The notes below the pieces were generated by a model. It did no database searches. It was not told where the DNA came from and was given only the letters and a program-made list of their open reading frames with translations. Of a stretch of 64,000 nucleotides of DNA, positions 27,154-36,059 are shown in pieces. The stretch is from a bacterium. GTDB taxonomy: Bacteria; Patescibacteriota; Minisyncoccia; UBA6257; WO2-44-18. The translations under genes and the position numbers were made by a program. The stretch covers positions 76,092 to 140,091 of the forward strand of contig JAUSKF010000002.1 in the NCBI GenBank assembly GCA_030646995.1, given 5' to 3'. Numbering within the stretch: position 1 is the stretch's first letter; every line of letters starts with the position of its first letter.

Positions 27154-29139
27154 ATGGACGTTGCCAAGTCTTTGGGAGCGGGAGTGGCGATTGCAGAAGC
27201 AAGTCGCGACAAAGAAAAGCTGGCCAGTCTGATGCCGGATATTTTCCGGGGAAAGTTGGATGTCAGTTATTTCGAAGATCTTCCGAAAGACACTTTGTGC
27301 GATTTGAAGTTCCAGGCGAACTATCGAAAACTCGAGGAATTTTTGAAAACGGAAGTCGATCCGAATGAGATCGAGAAAACCAATGAAGTTCCGAAAGGGG
27401 TCTTGGATTGGCTTTGTGAAAATGGCTACTTCGCTCTGAAGTTGCCGGAAAAGTATGGCGGTATGAATCTGTTGCAGTCCCAGTATATGGCGCTGCTTCA
27501 GCTGACTGCCACGCGTTGCGGAGCGCTCGTTGCTTTGCTTTCTGCCTCCAACACCATCGGTGTCGGTTGGCCGATCATGGCTTTCGGCTCTCCGGAACAG
27601 CAGGATACCTGGCTTCCATTGGTTGCTAAGTCCCCTTCCGGATTCGCCTTCACTGAAGAAAAGGCCGGTTCCGATCCTTCCAGTATGGAAACCCATGCTG
27701 TGCGGGTTCGCGAAAACGGTAAGGTGGCCGGTTACCAGATTAGCGGTCGCAAGTGGTGGACCACTAACGGCCCGGCCAGCGACAATTCCTATCTTTCCAA
27801 GGTGATCATTGTGATCGCCAAGATCGTGGATTATCCGGATCAGCTTTCCGATTTGGAATACAAAAAGAATCCCGTTTTCGGAGCTTTTATTGTTCCGACT
27901 GGTTCTCCGGGAGTAAAGGTTGTTCAGAGATGTGAGTTCCTCGGTTTGAGGGGCATCTACAACGGCATCACGGACTTCGAAAAAGTCTACATTCCGCTCG
28001 AACAGCTGATCGGGAAGAAGACCGATTCCAGCGGAAAAACCGAATACTATCAGGAAGGTTCCGGTTTCCGGATCGCTTTGCAGGCGCTCAACAGCGGCCG
28101 AATCACGGTCTCCGGTTGTTGCTCTGCAACTGCCAAGATCGCTCTGCAAGTCGAGCGTTGGTGGGGTCTTACCCGCCATCAGTGGGGAAAGCAGATCGGC
28201 CAGCATGAACTTGTTGGCACCGGAAAGCTTGCCGAAGGCGTCGCGAAAGCTTTTACGATGGAAGCGATGACCTGGTTTGCCGCCGGTCGCGCTGATAAGC
28301 ATCTGGATTGCCGGATGGAGGCCGCGACTGCCAAAGTCTTCAATTCCGAACAACTCTGGCAGATCGTTGATGATCTGGCGCAGATCCGTGGTGGACGAGC
28401 CTACGAAACTCCGGAATCTCTGAAGAAGCGAGGCGAAGCGCCGATCCCAGTTGAAAGAATGATCCGCGATGCTCGGCCGAATCGAATCTTCGAAGGCGAA
28501 TCCTCGATCCTTGGACTGTTCGTAGTTCGTGAAGGAGTTGAGGAATACAAGGCGCAGGGTGAAATCTTCTTTGAAAAAGGCCGGTACGGAAAGAAAATGA
28601 AGGCCGCTGTTGGCTTCGCGAAAGAACTCGCTAAGCTTTCTATCCCGAACTTTAAAATGCGTTCACAAATCAAAAAGTTCTCGAAGGATTGGCCTCAGCT
28701 TGCGAAGCACCTACTTCACGCAGATAAGTGCGCGCGGAAGCTGGCAAAAGCGATCATTATCATTTCCGGTAAGTACCAGGCCAAGCTGATGCATAAGCAG
28801 CTGACCCTTACCCGGTTCTTCAATATCGCCACCGAGATCTACGCGATGGCCGCTGTTTGCGGATACGTGATCAAGGAGTGGCCGGTCCACGCAAAGGCTG
28901 ATCTGGCTGACTTCTATTGCCAGGGAGCCCGCCGTAGGATCGAAAAAGAATTCGCCGCCTTGTCGGACAACAGTGATGCGCTCGGTCGCAAAATTGCCAA
29001 TCTCACTCTAATGAATGGCTACGAAGATTTCCTTACGGACGGCACCATTCCGATGGTTGAGATGCTGGATCTGAAAGATCCCCAGCCTCCGAACCTCATG
29101 CCGCTGCCGCACTCACGCCGTGTTGATCGTAAAGCCTAA
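27154..29139 (+). CDS. long-form acyl-CoA dehydrogenase
   Basis: ACAD N-, middle and C-terminal domain motifs (GYFALKLPEKYGG, FAFTEEKAGSDPSSMET, WWTTNGP, QIRGGRAYE), ~250-aa extra C-terminal domain. Confidence 0.75.
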   Translation: MDVAKSLGAGVAIAEASRDKEKLASLMPDIFRGKLDVSYFEDLPKDTLCDLKFQANYRKLEEFLKTEVDPNEIEKTNEVPKGVLDWLCENGYFALKLPEKYGGMNLLQSQYMALLQLTATRCGALVALLSASNTIGVGWPIMAFGSPEQQDTWLPLVAKSPSGFAFTEEKAGSDPSSMETHAVRVRENGKVAGYQISGRKWWTTNGPASDNSYLSKVIIVIAKIVDYPDQLSDLEYKKNPVFGAFIVPTGSPGVKVVQRCEFLGLRGIYNGITDFEKVYIPLEQLIGKKTDSSGKTEYYQEGSGFRIALQALNSGRITVSGCCSATAKIALQVERWWGLTRHQWGKQIGQHELVGTGKLAEGVAKAFTMEAMTWFAAGRADKHLDCRMEAATAKVFNSEQLWQIVDDLAQIRGGRAYETPESLKKRGEAPIPVERMIRDARPNRIFEGESSILGLFVVREGVEEYKAQGEIFFEKGRYGKKMKAAVGFAKELAKLSIPNFKMRSQIKKFSKDWPQLAKHLLHADKCARKLAKAIIIISGKYQAKLMHKQLTLTRFFNIATEIYAMAAVCGYVIKEWPVHAKADLADFYCQGARRRIEKEFAALSDNSDALGRKIANLTLMNGYEDFLTDGTIPMVEMLDLKDPQPPNLMPLPHSRRVDRKA

Positions 29140-29143
29140 AAGC

Positions 29144-29172
29144 TCACCGCCCAGAAATGGGCGGTTTTTATT
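29144..29172. terminator. bidirectional terminator
   Basis: CCGCCCA-GAAA-TGGGCGG + TTTTTATTT. Confidence 0.65.
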
Positions 29173-29551
29173 TATCTTTAGCAAACCAAGCCTCTTTAAT
29201 CTCGGCCATCAATTCATCCGAAATAGGCAATCGCTTTCCGGGCTGACTTTTGCCGGGGTAACGCCAAGTAGAAATCATCACTCTTGTTGAACTTTTTACT
29301 TTCAACTTTTCACTATTCAACTCCCCCGAGCCAATTGCATACATCAGCCAAATCTCCTGCTTCCGCTTTGGTGTATCATTCCGCATCATCACCGCCAAAG
29401 TTCCTTCGGCGACCCCCTCTTCCTTGCGGGCGGGGTTTTTCAAAATAGTTTTAATTTTTTGCTCGGAAATGCCGTAAAAAAGCATCTTATCTTTTATATG
29501 CTGGGTCCACCGGAAATTCTTGTCGTTTTTAGGAAACTTCACGAAAGACAT
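29168..29551 (-). CDS. hypothetical protein (127 aa)
   Basis: ORF convergent with the ACAD gene; no family recognised. Confidence 0.45.
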   Translation of the reverse strand: MSFVKFPKNDKNFRWTQHIKDKMLFYGISEQKIKTILKNPARKEEGVAEGTLAVMMRNDTPKRKQEIWLMYAIGSGELNSEKLKVKSSTRVMISTWRYPGKSQPGKRLPISDELMAEIKEAWFAKDK

Positions 29552-29592
29552 AGAAGCGCCGTTAAGGCGTAGTTGTTATATACTAAAGGTAA

Positions 29593-31416
29593 ATGAGGTA
29601 CTTATCTACTCTGGTCCGGATCATCCTACTCTCCTTCATAGTTTTCTTAGCCGGAGTCTTAATGGTCAAAAGCTCCCTTGGAGACTCTCCTATTAGCCAA
29701 GAACCCGCCAATTTAGCCGCCGGCTATGGCTATATAAGACTTCTGGACTATCGACTTGGTGTGGAGCAACCGCCACTCGGCAAGGCTTTATCTGCGGTGC
29801 CACTTTTATTTCAAAAATTAACCTTCCCAATCGCCAGCTTGAACTGGCAACGAGATATTAATAGCTCGCAAGCCGTCGGCCGGCAATTTCTGTACGAATC
29901 AGGAAATAGCCCGAGTCAGATGATTAACGCCAGAAGAATCGTGCCGATTATTTTTACTTTATTATTAATCCTCGCAATTTATTGGACATCTAAAGAATTA
30001 ATCGGAAAATGGTGGGCGCTTTTGCCCGCTTTTCTTTTTGCCTTTTTCCCAACCGCGCTGGCCTACGGGCACTATGCCACCACTTCAGCCGCCTCCACTC
30101 TAGCAATCTTTGGAGCGGTAATAAGTTTTCTGTGGTTCCTCAATCAACCCTCCAAGCGAAAAATGCTCTGGGCGGCCGTCGCTTTCGGATTAGCTCAACT
30201 AACCACCTTCGCGGCTTTAATTCTTATTCCCTATTTTCTGATAATTTTGACAATTTTCTATCTGGCAAGCGTAACACGAGATTACCGGATGACTGACCCG
30301 CGCGAGCGCTTGCGACGCTTTGGCTTGCGGGCCTTTCGTTATTTTCGGTCACTGATGGTTATTTTCACAATTGGTTTCTTGTTGGTTTTTAGCATTTATT
30401 TGCTTTTCACTTTGAGCTACCCGCTTGAGAAACAGCAATCCGACACCACTTTCATCCTCGATCAATTCCAACCGCAATGGCTGGGCGACTTCGTAACACA
30501 AATTTCCGGCACGCCCGTCTTGCGGGCTGCCGCGCATTATCTTTTGGGAATTACATTGAATTGGCCGGTAGAATCCAACTCTGCAGAAGGGTCGCTCTTG
30601 ATAAGCGCGGGCCTCAAAACCCCAATCGCTTTGCTATTGCTGATACTCATCTCCTTAGTATTTTCTCTGATGAACATTGGCAAAGCCCTTTGGAGCATGC
30701 TCCGCCGCCGCACAAAGAACTTTTCTGATTATTTAAATACCGACTTCACTGAATTCGCGATGTTAATTTTCACTGGAACCTACTGGGCCGGTAGCCTAGC
30801 ACTGGGCGCGACAGGGTTAGAAAAAATACTACCCACACTCCCCTTCTTGTTCATCTTAATCAGCAACGGAATCAGAAAGTGGTCTGCCGGCACAGAGCTC
30901 GCCAATGCCCGCAATTTGGTAATCAAAATATTTCTAGTATACGAAGAATTTCTCCAACTTTCTTTAAAATCCGCAGCTTTGATAATTCTGGTAGTCGCCT
31001 ATTTCATAACTCCTCTGATTACCTATCCTCATTTTCTATCATTCTCTAATTTGCTGGCCGGCGGCACAAAAAACGGCCATCGACACCTCACCGATTCAGA
31101 TTATGACCTCGGCCAAGATTTAATCCGCCTTAAAACTTGGACTGTGGCTAACCTACCCGAATTTGATAAAATTGCCGTGGACTATTCCGGCGGCGGGGAT
31201 ATAAAAATCATAGCGCTAGCCGAAGAGTGGGAGTCCGCAAAAGGCGACCCGATTAATGATGGAATCCGCTGGCTTGCAATCTCCGCAACTACGCTCGCCA
31301 ACGCAAAAAAATCTGCCAATGCCGAAGATCAATATATCTGGCTAACCGCGTCCGCCAGCTGGCGGATTTACGCCCGCGCCGGAACTTCGATATTTATTTA
31401 TAAACTGGTGGAGTAA
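29593..31416 (+). CDS. large polytopic membrane protein, possibly GT-C-fold (PMT/ArnT-like) glycosyltransferase
   Basis: 607 aa, >10 predicted TM helices; family assignment by architecture only. Confidence 0.4.
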   Translation: MRYLSTLVRIILLSFIVFLAGVLMVKSSLGDSPISQEPANLAAGYGYIRLLDYRLGVEQPPLGKALSAVPLLFQKLTFPIASLNWQRDINSSQAVGRQFLYESGNSPSQMINARRIVPIIFTLLLILAIYWTSKELIGKWWALLPAFLFAFFPTALAYGHYATTSAASTLAIFGAVISFLWFLNQPSKRKMLWAAVAFGLAQLTTFAALILIPYFLIILTIFYLASVTRDYRMTDPRERLRRFGLRAFRYFRSLMVIFTIGFLLVFSIYLLFTLSYPLEKQQSDTTFILDQFQPQWLGDFVTQISGTPVLRAAAHYLLGITLNWPVESNSAEGSLLISAGLKTPIALLLLILISLVFSLMNIGKALWSMLRRRTKNFSDYLNTDFTEFAMLIFTGTYWAGSLALGATGLEKILPTLPFLFILISNGIRKWSAGTELANARNLVIKIFLVYEEFLQLSLKSAALIILVVAYFITPLITYPHFLSFSNLLAGGTKNGHRHLTDSDYDLGQDLIRLKTWTVANLPEFDKIAVDYSGGGDIKIIALAEEWESAKGDPINDGIRWLAISATTLANAKKSANAEDQYIWLTASASWRIYARAGTSIFIYKLVE

Positions 31417-31518
31417 TCACGAATAATGCAAATTAATTAACTAAATAATGCGAATGGTAATCCGCACTTCTTATTCGCAATATTACCTCCCCCAATTCGT
31501 ATTATTAGCGATTACTCC
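31405..31518. repeat. 114-bp intergenic element bounded by inverted copies of the GGAGTAATCRCGAATAA motif, each overlapping the stop codon of a convergent gene
   Basis: Left CTGGTGGAGTAATCACGAATAA (+), right TTATTAGCGATTACTCC (-); internal partial copies GGTAAT..GCGAATAA. Confidence 0.6.
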
Positions 31519-32256
31519 TTACCTGCTTTTAAGGTAAATCCGGTTTTCTACAGTAAAGTCTACGTATTCAGAAGTCCGCAGTTTGCCGGACAACATCAAA
31601 TCCTGAAGATAAGAAAATATTTTTAGAGAAGGTAAAAATCGGACGCTAAAAATTAACTTTTCCCCGCGCACGCCAAAAGCAGTCAGTTCCTGTAGACGCG
31701 CGTCAAAACGATATTCGCTGACTCCCAACACCAACCCATTCAATCCGGCCATAATCCTTTGCACGTTCTCAAAGGCATCAACCGCCATCACAGAATCTCC
31801 AATTCTGACAATTTTGCCGGCCGCATCCACAATCTTAGGAATGGCCGAACCCTCGGTGTCGGGGGCTTTCTCTATTAACTGCCCGCCTCGGCTAATCCAA
31901 TAGCAATCATTACTGCACCAGATTGCAAACCTATCAGCCGCTCTGGCCACTATTCGCAAAGTGCCGGTCAAGAAGTCCTTCTCTACCTTAAATCCTGAAA
32001 CCGTGGACGGCCAAGAAAGGAAGTTTCCGAAACCTAAAAATCTGGCTAAGTCGCCATTCAAAAGCTCCCCGCGAATCTCCTCGAAGTCCGCAGAGCCGGA
32101 AACATCAAATTTCTTAATCCGAAAAAAATCAAAATTTAAAAGAGTGTACAAAATGCCTAATCCTAGAAAAGTCAGCAGGCCTGCGTAGCAATAAAGTTTT
32201 AATCTAAGTCTGCGGTAGTATTTTCGCTTTTGAATTTTAGAAAGAGGTAGAGCCAT
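31519..32256 (-). CDS. FtsQ/DivIB-like cell-division protein (TM + POTRA)
   Basis: N-terminal TM, then FRIKKFDVSGSADFEEIRGEL POTRA-like; downstream of alr. Confidence 0.45.
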   Translation of the reverse strand: MALPLSKIQKRKYYRRLRLKLYCYAGLLTFLGLGILYTLLNFDFFRIKKFDVSGSADFEEIRGELLNGDLARFLGFGNFLSWPSTVSGFKVEKDFLTGTLRIVARAADRFAIWCSNDCYWISRGGQLIEKAPDTEGSAIPKIVDAAGKIVRIGDSVMAVDAFENVQRIMAGLNGLVLGVSEYRFDARLQELTAFGVRGEKLIFSVRFLPSLKIFSYLQDLMLSGKLRTSEYVDFTVENRIYLKSR

Positions 32257-32267
32257 CCGGTCATTAT

Positions 32268-33383
32268 TTACTTAATAATGCGTTCAATTAAAGGATTAAT
32301 CCGAGTTAAAACTTCATAATAACTCGCTCCACCGGCGCGACGGGCAACTTCGTAAGCGCTCATTTCTTCAGTTTTCTGCCTGCCTATCAACGTAACGGAA
32401 TCCCCTCTTTTTACAGAAATTCCTGTCACATCCACCACTATCATATCCATAGAAACGCGGCCCAAAATTCTAGCTCGCTTGCCTCCCACTAATACTTCAC
32501 CAACACCGGAGAGTGAGCGCGGATATCCATGCCAATAACCAATCGGAATTACGGCAATTTTAGATTTTTTGGAAACCCGCTCGGTTAGGTCGTAGCCCAC
32601 AAAATCACCGGCCTCCACTTCTTTCACCTCGCTGATCAACGCGCGCCACGATAGAACCGGTTCCAGTTTAATTTTTTCCATCTGAATGCCAAGCTCGGTA
32701 GAAGGCCATAAACCATAAAGCCCGATACCAATGCGGACCGCATCCAAATGGTATTTTTTATTCACTAAAGTGCCGCCGGTTGCCGCCGCGTGACGTAAAA
32801 GATTCTTCAGGCCGGCTTTTTCCAGAACCTCAACAGCTTTCTGAAATTCCGCGAATTGCTGATCAGTAAAGGTCGGGTAATTAATGTCTTTGGCGGAAGC
32901 GAAGTGCGTATAAACACCGGTGCAATCGGCTTTCATTGCATCATTCATTAGTTTCAAAGCGCCCGGTAAATCTTTTGTATAGAAACCTTGGCGATGCATT
33001 CCGGTATCAATCTTCAAATGAAACTCGGGATGATATTTTGAAGTCTTTAATTCTTTCAATGCCTCTAAGCTGGAGATAGTTATAGTAATTTCATTTTCCG
33101 CAGCCGCTTTTAGAAGATTCGTGAAGGTCGGGCCAAGTACCAAGATTGGCTTAGTGATCCCTTCTTCACGTAAGCGAACTCCTTCTACTACGCTATCCAC
33201 ACAAAAACCATCAACCCCCAAAGAATCGGCTATTTTAGAAAAGGTTACGAGACCATGGCCGTAGGCGTTGGATTTCACAACCGCAAAAAGCTTGGTCTTG
33301 GAACCAACCAAATTGCGGAAGATTTTCAGATTGCGCTGAACCGCCTTTCGGCTTATTTCTATCCAAGTCTTGTAAGTATTCAT
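32268..33383 (-). CDS. alr: alanine racemase
   Basis: PLP-lysine motif AVVKSNAYGHG; start set at internal Met (MNTYKTW). Confidence 0.8.
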   Translation of the reverse strand: MNTYKTWIEISRKAVQRNLKIFRNLVGSKTKLFAVVKSNAYGHGLVTFSKIADSLGVDGFCVDSVVEGVRLREEGITKPILVLGPTFTNLLKAAAENEITITISSLEALKELKTSKYHPEFHLKIDTGMHRQGFYTKDLPGALKLMNDAMKADCTGVYTHFASAKDINYPTFTDQQFAEFQKAVEVLEKAGLKNLLRHAAATGGTLVNKKYHLDAVRIGIGLYGLWPSTELGIQMEKIKLEPVLSWRALISEVKEVEAGDFVGYDLTERVSKKSKIAVIPIGYWHGYPRSLSGVGEVLVGGKRARILGRVSMDMIVVDVTGISVKRGDSVTLIGRQKTEEMSAYEVARRAGGASYYEVLTRINPLIERIIK

Positions 33384-33470
33384 CAATGAGCTTAATTTAT
33401 CACAAAAATTGCGTTTTGCATAGGTTCGTTGTAAAATAATTCTAGTTTTGTTGATAGATGAGGAGGCTGG

Positions 33471-33995
33471 ATGGCACGCTTTAAAGTTTGGCGGCCATTC
33501 AAAGAGTGGCCTCCGGTAATGAAAGCGGCGGCGTTTATGCTTCCGGCCACGCTGACCGTCATTCTGCATCAGTGGCTAATGCCCATATCACCCGACACTC
33601 GGGAAATATTGGCGCGCTACTATCGTAGCGAGCTGCAGTCTTGGATGAATATCGTGGACTTCATCATCTTTATTCCCTTTAAAGAAGAAGCCCTCTATCG
33701 CTGGCCATCGCTAATGCTCCTGCTTTGCTTGTTCGGTCAGATTCATAGGCGAGACCCAGCCAACAGGAGAAGCTGGGTGATAACGGCCTACGTTCTATCC
33801 ATCTCCACCCTGGTCGCGATGACGGCTTATTGGGCAAGCTTCCATGATTACCCGCTTACGGTTTTCTGCTACGGGCTAGTCTGGGGCTGGCTGATATTCA
33901 AAACCAGAAACCCTTTCTATTCCTGGCTCTTCCACTCCCTAAGCAACGCCTTCTCAATTCTCTTCATCGTTTTGGGCTATCACCTGATCTACTAA
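33471..33995 (+). CDS. CPBP (CAAX-protease/Abi) family intramembrane protease
   Basis: Motifs FKEEALYRW (EExxxR), FHD, HSLSN (HxxxN). Confidence 0.55.
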   Translation: MARFKVWRPFKEWPPVMKAAAFMLPATLTVILHQWLMPISPDTREILARYYRSELQSWMNIVDFIIFIPFKEEALYRWPSLMLLLCLFGQIHRRDPANRRSWVITAYVLSISTLVAMTAYWASFHDYPLTVFCYGLVWGWLIFKTRNPFYSWLFHSLSNAFSILFIVLGYHLIY

Positions 33996-34024
33996 TGACT
34001 AACAACAACTTACGACGAACGACA

Positions 34025-34053
34025 AAGCCTCCGAGAAATCGGGGGCTTTTTTA
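34025..34053 (+). terminator. rho-independent terminator
   Basis: AGCCTCCG-AGAAAT-CGGGGGCT + TTTTTT. Confidence 0.6.
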
Positions 34054-34074
34054 TTCGCGATTACTCCACCTGTC

Positions 34075-34175
34075 CGTCATTGCGAGGATTCACCAGAATC
34101 CGTGGCAATCTTACTATAGTGCGATTTATAAATAGCTTTTCTGCTAGATTGCCGCGGGATTACCCTCGCAATGAC
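34075..34175. ncRNA. 101-nt nested long hairpin element flanked by direct copies of TTATTCGCGATTACTCC (34051-34067 and 34185-34201)
   Basis: Outer 12-bp perfect inverted repeat GTCATTGCGAGG / CCTCGCAATGAC, inner CCGTGGCAATCT / AGATTGCCGCGG; lies between CPBP and serS 3' ends. Confidence 0.4.
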
Positions 34176-34184
34176 AGCCGGGAC

Positions 34185-35498
34185 TTATTCGCGATTACTC
34201 CTGATTTCTTTCTTGCCAACCAATTTTCTCAAAACTTTCGGTACCATCACCGTCCCCTCTTTAGTCTGATAATTTTCCAGAATCGCGATAATGATACGCC
34301 CGATGGCGAAAGCAGTAGCGTCGTTCATATGCACGAACTCGGTCTTCCCATCTTTCCGGCGGACCTTCGTCGATAATCGACGAGACTGGTAATCGGTCAT
34401 CAAATCAGAAGTATGGGTCTCGCGATATTTATTCTGACCGGGAAGCCAAGCCTCAATATCAATCTGCCGATAATCTGGACCGCCCATATCGCCGGTGCAA
34501 ACCGAAACCACCTGATATGGAATCTCCAGCTGCTGCATCAGATACTCCTGAATACCCACGATAAAATCTTGCTCCTTACGGGAATTTTCGGGAGTCGTGA
34601 AAGACTCCATTTCCAACTTATCGAACTGATGCATCCGCAAGATTCCCTTTACGTCTTTTCCGTGGGAACCGGCCTCACGGCGGAAGCTAGTGGAATAGCC
34701 GATATATCGTAAAGGAAACTTATCCTCCTGAATCGTAGAATCCATATGAATCGGACCGAGTGTATGCTCGGCGCTTCCAACAAGATAGATGTCGTCTGTC
34801 TGCAAATGATAACGCTCTTCTTCTTGGCCGGGATCTAATCGAGCCATTCTCTTAAATACTTCCGGCTTAATCATTACAGGAGGAAGGACCGGCACAAAAG
34901 GCTTCGCCGAATATCCTTTTTCAACTTGGTTAGCAATCTTTTTTAAAACTTTTTCATTTCCCAGCGTATCAAATACGAATTTGATGATTGCCATCTGCAA
35001 TAAAGCCGCATCCCCTTTCAGGTAAGCAAAACGGCTGCCGGAAACTTTTCCGGCGGTTTCAGTATCAATGATTCCTAGCGCTTCGCCGAGAGTCAGATGA
35101 TCTTTCGGTTCGAAATTAAATTTAGTCGGAGCGCCTTCACCCGCCTGGGCGGGCCACTGGCGGATTGGTTTATTCCCCGATTCATCAGGCCCCACCGGCA
35201 CATCGTCAGCTGGTAGGTTTGGGATTTTTACCCAAGCCAAATGCCTTTCTTTCTCCAATTCCGGCAGTCCCACTTCAGCCGCTTTCATTTCTTCTTTCAC
35301 TTTTTTCGCCTCTTCGATATTCCGCTCTTTACTGAACTGATTCAGTTTCGCGCGTAAATCCTCAATTTTCTTTACCGCCTCACGCCATTTGGTATCTTTT
35401 TCTAATAATAAATCCACGGCAGCAGCCGGCACATTCTTTTTGGCAACGCCATCTTTAACTAAATCTGGATTTTTGCGAATGAGTTCGATATCCAACAT
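34185..35498 (-). CDS. serS: seryl-tRNA synthetase
   Basis: MLDIELIRKNPDLV N-terminal coiled coil, class II motifs; start moved to the internal Met at 35498. The track ORF is extended upstream through the heptad repeat. Confidence 0.9.
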   Translation of the reverse strand: MLDIELIRKNPDLVKDGVAKKNVPAAAVDLLLEKDTKWREAVKKIEDLRAKLNQFSKERNIEEAKKVKEEMKAAEVGLPELEKERHLAWVKIPNLPADDVPVGPDESGNKPIRQWPAQAGEGAPTKFNFEPKDHLTLGEALGIIDTETAGKVSGSRFAYLKGDAALLQMAIIKFVFDTLGNEKVLKKIANQVEKGYSAKPFVPVLPPVMIKPEVFKRMARLDPGQEEERYHLQTDDIYLVGSAEHTLGPIHMDSTIQEDKFPLRYIGYSTSFRREAGSHGKDVKGILRMHQFDKLEMESFTTPENSRKEQDFIVGIQEYLMQQLEIPYQVVSVCTGDMGGPDYRQIDIEAWLPGQNKYRETHTSDLMTDYQSRRLSTKVRRKDGKTEFVHMNDATAFAIGRIIIAILENYQTKEGTVMVPKVLRKLVGKKEIRSNRE

Positions 35499-35504
35499 AC
35501 AAAT

Positions 35505-35545
<41 letters not shown>

Positions 35546-35548
35546 TCG

Positions 35549-35575
35549 GAACAAAAATCCATATGTCCAACGCGT
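35549..35575 (-). terminator. second of two tandem rho-independent terminators (CAACGCGTTG family)
   Basis: CCATATGTCTAACGCGTTGGACATATGG on minus strand followed by ATTTTTGTT. Confidence 0.65.
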
Positions 35576-35587
35576 TAGACATATGAA

Positions 35588-35615
35588 AAATAAAAATCCC
35601 CATGTCCAACGCGTT
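35588..35615 (-). terminator. first tandem terminator (CAACGCGTTG family) after the 88-aa gene
   Basis: CCCCATGTCCAACGCGTTGGACATGGGG perfect 28-nt palindrome, followed on minus strand by ATTTTTATTTTT. Confidence 0.75.
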
Positions 35616-35632
35616 GGACATGGGGATTCTAG

Positions 35633-35899
35633 TTAACAGCCGTTTTCCGGAGACCACTTCTTGTCGGCCGAAGTCTCTTCTGCTGTCTTTATCAGCCTCC
35701 TGGTTTCGGCATGAGAGTCAATTGGCTTTGGGGATTCCACTTTCGGAGTGAAGGGATAAGAGACCTCATTGAGCATTTCTACTGACCCTTCGCTGGTTTC
35801 CAGCAAAAGGTATCTTCCGCAGTCTTTGACCTTTACCCCATGACTCTGAAACAGGGCCGCGAGCTGTGCGACATCAATTTCCATGGCTTTCCTCCTCAA
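35633..35899 (-). CDS. hypothetical protein (88 aa)
   Basis: GAGGAGG RBS, TTGCTT-16-TAAAAT promoter-like element upstream. Confidence 0.45.
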   Translation of the reverse strand: MRRKAMEIDVAQLAALFQSHGVKVKDCGRYLLLETSEGSVEMLNEVSYPFTPKVESPKPIDSHAETRRLIKTAEETSADKKWSPENGC

Positions 35900-35946
35900 T
35901 AGTGCTGTGGGCTATTTTAGCACAACCGGCCCCAAAAGCAACCCCC

Positions 35947-35984
35947 CAACTTAAACATCTTACGACCGCAAGATGTTTAAGTTG
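35947..35984. other. perfect 15-bp stem hairpin (CAACTTAAACATCTT / AAGATGTTTAAGTTG, 8-nt loop) downstream of lysS
   Basis: Seen directly; no T-run follows, so not a canonical terminator. Confidence 0.5.
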
Positions 35985-36059
35985 AGGTGCGCAAATAGAA
36001 ATAAAATTTTTTGCAATCAAATTTAGCCCGTAATTCTACTATTGGCTTTTGGCTAAACC

